5,388 nucleotides of DNA from Candidatus Odinarchaeota archaeon (GTDB lineage: Archaea; Asgardarchaeota; Odinarchaeia; Odinarchaeales; Odinarchaeaceae). A program made the translations under genes and the position numbers. This document shows, piece after piece, positions 1-5,388 of the stretch (its first letter is position 1; every line of letters begins with the position of its first letter). The stretch lies in assembly GCA_038826135.1 (NCBI GenBank), contig JAWBON010000077.1:1-5388 (forward strand), in the 5' to 3' direction. Below the pieces are notes generated by a model. That model ran no database searches. It had not been told where the DNA came from and saw nothing but the letters and a program-made list of their open reading frames with translations.

Positions 1-785
1 ATTGTTATTATCCTCCCTATGTCAACCGGCTTGGGGATTTGACCGGTCAACTCTTTTACATCTAAGGGTTTTAAAGCTACTATAACAATGTTTTCCGCTT
101 TACTGCGTGTTATTATCTCCAACGCTTTAAGTTCGCCAACTATTCTACCTTTATTAAGGCCTACAACAATATGGGGGCTTACATCCAAGCCGGCTTTTGT
201 TAACGCTTTCAACGCTTTTTCAAAATCCCCGGGTTTCTTATCTAAATGATAGATTTCTCTTATAGTCTCCGTGTCACCTATTATGTCAATCATAGCGGAT
301 TCAACACCAGCCTCTTTTAACGCTTTAGCGGTAGAGTAATCTATCAAACCAGTGTGAACCGCTATCTTCATCCCTAGGTGTCTGTGAAGCTCGCCGATAG
401 CGTTTATAAAAGGAGTCAACGGCACCGCCCCGTTCATGTCAGAGCCGCCGCTTATTAAAAGACCTCTAGCCCCCTTCTTAAACAAATTTTTCCCAAGTTT
501 TAAAAGCTCTTCCGGAGTGGTGGCACTGTGCATAGACTCTAAAAGCCTTCCTTTACAATGCTCACACATCAACAGGCATCTTCTACCTGTAACTGAAACA
601 GACTGGAAGACCCCTTCCCCGTTTTTCTCAAATCCCTCAGTATCATATTTTAATATGCTGGGAGCGTAAAAATTTATAACTTCTTCATGGCATTCTCGTG
701 TCAGCCTCCAACCCCGCTCCAGGTATTCACCGTAATCCCTAGGAGAGCTGTTAAATATTCTCTGCGCTTCTTTTTCAAAACTCAT
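1..785 (-). CDS. lipS2: Radical SAM protein, LipS2-type subunit of the two-component (LipS1/LipS2) lipoyl synthase; 3'-partial, runs off the left edge
   Basis: Manual translation of the reverse strand from ATG at 785 gives 261 codons without a stop to the window edge: MSFEKEAQRIF...INFYAPS...FQSVSVTGRRCLLMCEHCKGRLLESM...GLLISGGSDMNGAVPL...IAVHTGLID...AMIDIIGD.ETIREIYHL...VSPHIVVGL..G.IVGE.KALEII... The CX3CX2C motif is C70/C74/C77 (nt 578-555). The combination S(V/L)TGxxCxLxCxHC, ISGG, HTG, DxxG and PHIxxGL matches my recollection of the Thermococcus kodakarensis TK2248/LipS2 family. The C-terminal GC(M/A)R and CC motifs reported for LipS2 would lie beyond the window. The divergent lipoate ligase supports the call. 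Confidence 0.8.
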   Translation of the reverse strand, partial: MSFEKEAQRIFNSSPRDYGEYLERGWRLTRECHEEVINFYAPSILKYDTEGFEKNGEGVFQSVSVTGRRCLLMCEHCKGRLLESMHSATTPEELLKLGKNLFKKGARGLLISGGSDMNGAVPLTPFINAIGELHRHLGMKIAVHTGLIDYSTAKALKEAGVESAMIDIIGDTETIREIYHLDKKPGDFEKALKALTKAGLDVSPHIVVGLNKGRIVGELKALEIITRSKAENIVIVALKPLDVKELTGQIPKPVDIGRIIT

Positions 786-872
786 ATTTTAACACTAGAA
801 AATTACAAGCCTGTTTTAATATTTAAAAATAGTTTTATATATTGTGTTTTTAAACTTGATAACGATCTTGAA
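786..872. promoter_or_regulatory. Divergent archaeal promoter region shared by lipS2 and the lipoate ligase gene
   Basis: 87-bp AT-rich gap between head-to-head ATGs (785 on -, 873 on +). The plus strand has TTTATATA at 834-841 preceded by an A-run. The minus strand has TTTTTAAA at 829-822 preceded by AAAAC. Each box lies 32-37 nt from its ATG. No Shine-Dalgarno is visible for either gene, implying short-leader or leaderless transcripts. Confidence 0.55.
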
Positions 873-2435
873 ATGGAAACTTGGAGAGTTGTTGACACCG
901 GTCTTCTCACAGGCGCTGAAAACATTACATATGATCGAGTTATCTTAGACGCTCGAGCGGAGGGTTTGGTTCCTAATACCTTCCGTTTTCTAAGATTTAA
1001 TCCACCGGTAGCGCTAGTAGGATATCACCAATCAATTGAACAGGAGATTCGAATCTCTTACTGTATAGAAAATAATATTGACATTAACCGGCGGATAACC
1101 GGTGGCGGTGCAATATACTTCAGCCCGGAGCATCTTGGCTGGGAGGTTTTCGCTCAACTGGATGGGGATAGATTCCCGTATAAGGTTGACCTGCTTTATA
1201 AACGGCTTTGCAATGCAGCTGTTAAAGGCCTGCGTAAACTCGGCTTGAACGCTCGTTTCAGACCTAAAAACGATATTGAAATAGGGCATCGTAAAATAAG
1301 TGGAACAGGCGGAACCAGCAACGGCGGAGCCTTCATGTTTCAAGGCACGCTCCTTGTAGATCTAGATATTAATAAAATGCTTAGAGCGTTAAGAGTCCCT
1401 GTTAAAAAACTATCTGATAAAGAAATAGACAGTCTTAAAGACCGTGTTACAACTATAAAATGGGAGCTAGGATATATTCCCTCCTACGCTCAAATAAAGG
1501 AGGCTATTTTAGAAGGCTTCAGTGAAGAGTTTAAAATCGTTTTTGAAGAGCAAGATCTTACAGAGTTTGAGAGAAAAGAGTTTTTAGATAAACTCCCCTA
1601 CTTCAACTCAAAGGACTGGGTTTACGGGATAAGATCCGCTGGCAGTCTTGAAAACTCTCTTTTCACGCTTAGAAAAACCCCCGGCGGGCTTGTTAAACTA
1701 GCTTTATCCGTGGATGTTGAATTAAACTCGATAACGTCAGCTTTCATCACAGGCGATTTCTTCGCATACCCCCCAGGAGTCATATACGATTTCGAAGCCG
1801 GTTTAAAACACATCCACCTAGACATGAAAGAAATAAATAATGTGTTAAAAAAACTGGGTGAACGTGACTTTCAAATTCCCGGCGTGAAGTTAAACGATTT
1901 TCGAAGCCTGTTTCAAGAAGCTGTTGAAAGAGTAAAATACACACGTTACGGGCTTACACTCAGCGAAATAAATAATATCTTTCTCGTAAACAGAAAACTC
2001 GACTATTTTATCGATCACGGTGTTGACACGCTTCTTCTACCTTACTGTTCGAAGCTTCTCTCCTGTAAGTTCCGACACTCGGAGGGTTGTACAATATGCG
2101 AACAATGTTCTGTAGGGGAAGGCTATAAACTCGCTTTAAAATATAATCTGAAACCTATAACAATAGTTAACTACGAGCACCTAGAGGAAAACCTGGCGGA
2201 ACTAGATAAAGCAGCCTCTAAAGGATATATAGGCTGCTGCTGCGAGCAATTCTATGAAAAGCATCAACCAGACTTTGAGAAATTTAAAACCCCAGGCCTC
2301 CTTATCAACATAGAGCAGACCACATGCTATGATCTGGGTCTTGAAAAGGAAGCCTATAAGGGCAGATTTGAAAGCCAAACCTCTATTAACACCCCGCTCT
2401 TGCAAAAAATCCTCGGATTAATATTTAAAAACTAA
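873..2435 (+). CDS. lplA: Lipoate/octanoate-protein ligase: LplA catalytic domain + LplB-like (Lip_prot_lig_C) domain + C-terminal Cys-rich DUF116-like domain, 520 aa
   Basis: From ATG 873: METWRVVDTG...N...D (typical LplA N-terminus), FLRF.PP.ALVGYHQ, RRITGGGAIY (nt ~1089-1118), PKNDIEIG.RKISGTGG with the catalytic Lys at nt 1293, and FQGTLL. The accessory domain KTPGGLVK...FITGDFFAYP spans nt ~1674-1930. The tail (nt ~2019-2432) has 9 Cys: LLLPYCSK..SC..R...CTICEQC...IGCCC...TCYDLG. The ORF-track start at 687 would add 62 non-homologous residues overlapping the lipS2 gene. Confidence 0.9.
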   Translation: METWRVVDTGLLTGAENITYDRVILDARAEGLVPNTFRFLRFNPPVALVGYHQSIEQEIRISYCIENNIDINRRITGGGAIYFSPEHLGWEVFAQLDGDRFPYKVDLLYKRLCNAAVKGLRKLGLNARFRPKNDIEIGHRKISGTGGTSNGGAFMFQGTLLVDLDINKMLRALRVPVKKLSDKEIDSLKDRVTTIKWELGYIPSYAQIKEAILEGFSEEFKIVFEEQDLTEFERKEFLDKLPYFNSKDWVYGIRSAGSLENSLFTLRKTPGGLVKLALSVDVELNSITSAFITGDFFAYPPGVIYDFEAGLKHIHLDMKEINNVLKKLGERDFQIPGVKLNDFRSLFQEAVERVKYTRYGLTLSEINNIFLVNRKLDYFIDHGVDTLLLPYCSKLLSCKFRHSEGCTICEQCSVGEGYKLALKYNLKPITIVNYEHLEENLAELDKAASKGYIGCCCEQFYEKHQPDFEKFKTPGLLINIEQTTCYDLGLEKEAYKGRFESQTSINTPLLQKILGLIFKN

Positions 2436-2438
2436 AAG

Positions 2439-2450
2439 GCAGCCGGCTGC
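2439..2450. repeat. Perfect 12-bp GC-rich palindrome GCAGCCGGCTGC
   Basis: Read directly; it equals its own reverse complement. It lies 3 bp after the ligase stop codon and about 13 bp upstream of the BRE-like element of the next promoter. Confidence refers to its existence; function is unknown. Confidence 0.85.
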
Positions 2451-2462
2451 AAGTTGGTAAAT

Positions 2463-2479
2463 CGAAACATATTTATATA
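2463..2479 (+). promoter_or_regulatory. Archaeal BRE-TATA promoter for the B12-radical SAM gene
   Basis: CGAAA (BRE-like, 2463-2467) followed by TTTATATA (2472-2479). The predicted start near 2503 would give a leader of about 35-40 nt containing the RBS. Confidence 0.65.
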
Positions 2480-2527
2480 ATTAAATTTCACAACTAAACA
2501 CAGTTATCGTGCTCTTAATGCTTTTAG

Positions 2528-2532
2528 GGAGG
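2528..2532 (+). promoter_or_regulatory. Shine-Dalgarno sequence
   Basis: GGAGG (within AGGGAGGGGAG) ending 7 nt before ATG 2540. Confidence 0.7.
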
Positions 2533-2539
2533 GGAGCAT

Positions 2540-4126
2540 ATGAGCAGGATAATATTAACCGCTGATGAAACACTTATGACAGAGTACGGCGGGGCATCTT
2601 TTCTAGGCTTCATACTATGCGCTCCAAGACGGATTCTCCCCAATTTTCTGATAAAATATGTAATATGCCCGCATCCCAGAATGAGGGACGGCGAGGTTTT
2701 AGCCCCACCATACTCCCTACGAAAAGTTGAAGCCTCACTTGTTCAGAACGGGTACAGTAGAGAAGATATTAAGTTCATTCACCCTTCTAAATTGAATGAA
2801 TCAGTCTCCGAGAAAACTAGAATAATCGGTATAGACGTGGTTGACCCTATGGGGCGCGGCCCTGTCTCATGGACTTTACGCCACCTTCTAGGCGGCGGTA
2901 AACCGGCAACACAACTTGCTTTTCTCTCATTGATGAGAAGGATTAAGCCGCTTAAAGAAAAATATGGTTTCAAAGTGATTTTAGGCGGCCCTGGAGCTTG
3001 GCAGGTTACTGATAAAGAAGCTGAAACGCTAGGCATCGATGTCAGATATTACGGTCAAGCTGAGTTAACACTCCCCCAGGTAGTGGATAAACTCATCCGC
3101 GGCGAGCAAGTTCCACCAGTGGTTAAAGCCGCGCCGCCTAAACCAGAACAAGTATACCCGATACTCGGACCTGCCAGATGCGGGTTCGTTCAGATAACTG
3201 AAGGATGCGGTAGAGGCTGCAGATTCTGCGGTCCAACTCAGGTGCCTTGGAGAAGCATCCCCCTAGACATAATAGAGAAAGAAGCCAGGTTAAGCATCGC
3301 CGCCGGGGAGAGAAACCTATATCTTCTAAGCGAAGACTGGTTAAGATACGGGTCCAGCAGCTTCCGAGAGCTTAACATAAACGCATTACTGAAAATGCTG
3401 CAAACTCTCAGAAGCATACCCGGAGTGGATAAAATAGTTTCAACACATGTAAACTTCAGCACAATGAAGCTTGCAGGCGTAAAACAAGTGGAAGAATTAA
3501 ACTATTACATGGGAGTCAACGAAGATGAACCATGGATCGGCCCTCAAATAGGTTTAGAAACAGGCAGCCCCCGCCTACTTGAAAAATACATGCGCGGAAA
3601 AGTTCTACCATATACACCTCAAGAATGGCATGAAGTAGTGGTTGAAGCCTGTCAAATCCTTAAAGACGTCTACTGGTATCCCTGCATAACAATGATAACA
3701 GGATTACCGGAAGAAACCGATGATGATATAATGCTTACACTAGAACTTCTAGACGATCTTAAAGGAACACCCGCCTGGTTCTTCCCGTTATTCTTCATAC
3801 CCATAGGAACGAGCGCTCTCAGCCGTCAAGAATTCTTTAAAACATATCTTATGAATGAAGCCCGCTGGGAGCTTGTAACCAGAAGCTGGAAACTCAGCGC
3901 AGCATTTGCCTTAAAATATATTAAGCATGTAACATCAGGAGCTAAAATGTCTTTAACACAAATCTTCTTAAACAAGCTTTTCTCCAGACTATCCGATGAA
4001 ACCCTGAGATTCATAGATAAAATCGGTAGCCAACCAGCACAAATGTTAACAATGCTTAAAAACGTGGATCTCACAAAACCGGGAAAACCGTTAATGAAAG
4101 CTTTAGTATCAATAATCGCTAGGTAA
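2540..4126 (+). CDS. Cobalamin (B12)-binding domain radical SAM protein (COG1032-like), substrate unknown, 528 aa
   Basis: Long ORF with an RBS. The N-terminal region has PYSLRKVEASL, RIIGIDVVDPMG.GP, KVILGGPGAWQ and YGQAE (equivalent to the GEGE motif of B12-binding domains). The radical SAM motif is ITEGCGRGCRFC (C223/C227/C230, nt 3206-3229), followed by SEDWLRYG, IGLETGSPRLL and ITGLPEET core motifs. No DxHxxG motif is seen. Confidence 0.85.
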   Translation: MSRIILTADETLMTEYGGASFLGFILCAPRRILPNFLIKYVICPHPRMRDGEVLAPPYSLRKVEASLVQNGYSREDIKFIHPSKLNESVSEKTRIIGIDVVDPMGRGPVSWTLRHLLGGGKPATQLAFLSLMRRIKPLKEKYGFKVILGGPGAWQVTDKEAETLGIDVRYYGQAELTLPQVVDKLIRGEQVPPVVKAAPPKPEQVYPILGPARCGFVQITEGCGRGCRFCGPTQVPWRSIPLDIIEKEARLSIAAGERNLYLLSEDWLRYGSSSFRELNINALLKMLQTLRSIPGVDKIVSTHVNFSTMKLAGVKQVEELNYYMGVNEDEPWIGPQIGLETGSPRLLEKYMRGKVLPYTPQEWHEVVVEACQILKDVYWYPCITMITGLPEETDDDIMLTLELLDDLKGTPAWFFPLFFIPIGTSALSRQEFFKTYLMNEARWELVTRSWKLSAAFALKYIKHVTSGAKMSLTQIFLNKLFSRLSDETLRFIDKIGSQPAQMLTMLKNVDLTKPGKPLMKALVSIIAR

Positions 4127-4129
4127 AAC

Positions 4130-4160
4130 TTATATTTTTTGTGTGGTGAAACTACTTTTT
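4130..4160 (+). terminator. Putative archaeal oligo-T intrinsic terminator
   Basis: T6 at 4135-4140 and T5 at 4156-4160 in a pyrimidine-rich stretch directly after the stop codon at 4126. Confidence 0.4.
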
Positions 4161-4372
4161 AAATTATTTATTTACCTTTTATTTCAATAAGCTCCCCCAC
4201 TATTCTATTCTTTCAGGGCTATCTTCACAAGTCATCAACACTTTTTAGAGTATTTAAACAGATGATTCTATCTAATTTAATTCAATTAGTTTAATACTCA
4301 CGGTTAAATACGCGTTTAGTAAAAAATAATAAAAATATTTTTTAATTGTTAAAGAACTACGTCAATGTATAT

Positions 4373-4379
4373 GGAGGAG
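4373..4379 (+). promoter_or_regulatory. Shine-Dalgarno sequence
   Basis: GGAGGAG; the GGAGG core ends 7 nt before ATG 4385. Confidence 0.75.
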
Positions 4380-4384
4380 TTTAG

Positions 4385-5077
4385 ATGGATTATGAGATAA
4401 AATATAGTCCCTCATATTCAATGCTTGTAGTTAAACTTAAACCTGATGAGACAATAACCGCTGAAGCTGGTGCGATGACATATATGACTCCAAATTTAGA
4501 GATTAAAACAAGAAAAAGAGAGGAGAGCATCTTAAAATCTCTTAAAGTAGCTATACTCGGGCAGCAATCCTTCTTTGTTAATGATTATACTGCCCGGGGA
4601 GGACCAGGTGAAATAGGTTTAGTCTCAGCGCCTTTAGGGGATATCGCTAAATTAGACGTGAATGAAAAAAATGGCTACATCATTCAGCAATCCGCTTATA
4701 TAGCTTCAACACCAGGAATAGAATTAGATACAAAATGGCAGGGATTTGTTAAAGGAATCTTCGGTCAAAGCCTCTTCATGATCAAAGTGGAGGGAGAAGG
4801 TTACGTTTTTCTAAACAGTTTCGGAGCTCTAGATAAACATGTTCTAAAACCTGGTGAAAGCCTTATAGTAGATAACTATCATCTAGTAGCATTTAGTAGT
4901 TCATGCAATTATAATGTTAAAAAATTCGGTGGCTTAAAATCGACTATACTAGGAGGAGAAGGCCTAGTCACGGAGATAAAGGGACCAGGGGAAGTATATG
5001 TTCAAACAAAAAATCTTAGAGAATTTATTGAATGGCTCTGGACTCTAATAGGCCCAAGAATCAGCAGAGCGCGATAA
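4385..5077 (+). CDS. AIM24 / TIGR00266 family protein (DUF124, TRAP-like beta fold), 230 aa
   Basis: Family-typical pattern: YEIKYSPSYSMLVVKLKPDETITAEAGAMTYM, QSFFVNDYTA..GPGEIGLV..PLGDI, IQQSAYIAS..GIELDTKW.G, LFMIKVEGEG.VFL.SFGAL, L.PGE.LIVD..HLVAF, LGGEGLV....GPGEVYVQTKN. Strong RBS upstream. Confidence 0.9.
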   Translation: MDYEIKYSPSYSMLVVKLKPDETITAEAGAMTYMTPNLEIKTRKREESILKSLKVAILGQQSFFVNDYTARGGPGEIGLVSAPLGDIAKLDVNEKNGYIIQQSAYIASTPGIELDTKWQGFVKGIFGQSLFMIKVEGEGYVFLNSFGALDKHVLKPGESLIVDNYHLVAFSSSCNYNVKKFGGLKSTILGGEGLVTEIKGPGEVYVQTKNLREFIEWLWTLIGPRISRAR

Positions 5078-5306
5078 CAATAATCTTAGTATAGATATAA
5101 AACTTCTTAAACCATTAACGGTTCACTACCTATATTATCCTCATTTATAAAATTGAATTTCTCTTTTTCTTAAAATATTAAGATTGTCTAGTTGAAATTT
5201 TGTTCTATTTTTTTGATATATATTTATTTCTAGGGCTGGAATGATTTAAACACTTTAATTTGATTTTGTTGAATATTTACAAAAATATATTAGTTTTGAT
5301 TAATTT
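5078..5306. other. Very AT-rich non-coding region with several oligo-T tracts (possible terminator for the AIM24 gene)
   Basis: No ORF in the track. T-rich tracts at about 5158-5171 and T7 at 5208-5214. G+C is visibly far below that of the flanking genes. Confidence 0.5.
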
Positions 5307-5387
5307 ATATAATAAGTATAAAATAATATAATAAGTATAAAATAATATAATAAGTATAAAATAATATAATAAGTATAAAATAATATA
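5307..5387. repeat. Perfect tandem repeat, 19-bp unit ATATAATAAGTATAAAATA x4 plus a partial fifth copy
   Basis: Identical units at 5307-5325, 5326-5344, 5345-5363 and 5364-5382, then ATATA at 5383-5387. The single G of each unit falls at 5316, 5335, 5354 and 5373 (period 19). There are no spacers. Confidence 0.97.
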
Positions 5388-5388
5388 G

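Noticed and set aside
39-50. Perfect 12-bp palindrome TTGACCGGTCAA
   Set aside because: It lies inside the lipS2 coding sequence, and about one such palindrome is expected by chance in 5.4 kb.
436-669. 77-aa plus-strand ORF
   Set aside because: Antisense shadow lying wholly within the lipS2 coding region, with no recognisable motif.
1-785. Calling the minus-strand radical SAM protein biotin synthase (BioB) or classical LipA
   Set aside because: No BioB-type YNHNL motif and no LipA N-terminal CX4CX5C auxiliary-cluster motif in the visible part. The motifs and the ligase context fit LipS2, a family often misannotated as BioB.
687-872. 62-residue N-terminal extension of the ligase implied by the ORF track (start 687)
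   Set aside because: It overlaps the first 99 nt of the opposite-strand lipS2 gene and the AT-rich promoter gap. LplA similarity begins exactly at M63 (nt 873).
1084-1107. Short direct repeat TAACCGG(C/T)GG
   Set aside because: Explained by the codons of the conserved NRRITGGG ligase motif.
1032-2405. Minus-strand ORFs 1032-1343, 1622-1825 and 2202-2405
   Set aside because: Short antisense shadows inside the ligase gene, with no motifs or RBS.
2779-4074. Minus-strand ORFs 2779-3036, 3238-3462 and 3826-4074
   Set aside because: Antisense shadows inside the B12-radical SAM gene, with no independent support.
4371-4400. Tiny out-of-frame ORF (MEEFRWIMR*) overlapping the AIM24 start
   Set aside because: Its ATG merely abuts the GGAGG Shine-Dalgarno of the real gene and has no RBS of its own; probably incidental.
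5307-5387. Terminal repeats interpreted as a CRISPR array
   Set aside because: The units are directly adjacent with no spacers, are only 19 bp, and lack a typical CRISPR repeat end such as GAAA(C/G). The period is not a multiple of 3, so a coding repeat is also unlikely.

Overview
Probable archaeal chromosomal segment (BRE/TATA promoters, GGAGG ribosome-binding sites, oligo-T tracts) with four genes. (1) A minus-strand LipS2-type radical SAM sulfur-insertion enzyme (ATG at 785) runs off the left edge and is absent from the supplied ORF track. (2) Divergent from it is a three-domain lipoate/octanoate-protein ligase (LplA catalytic domain, LplB-like accessory domain, Cys-rich DUF116-like domain); the real start is probably 873, not 687. 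(3) A cobalamin-binding radical SAM enzyme of unknown substrate appears to have its own promoter. (4) An AIM24/TIGR00266-family gene follows. The window ends in a very AT-rich non-coding stretch with about 4.3 perfect copies of a 19-bp tandem repeat. The most interesting signal is the ligase fused to a putative Fe-S/metal-binding DUF116-like domain next to lipS2. This suggests an uncharacterised component of the alternative LipS1/LipS2 lipoate-assembly pathway. All family assignments come from motif recognition, not database searches.
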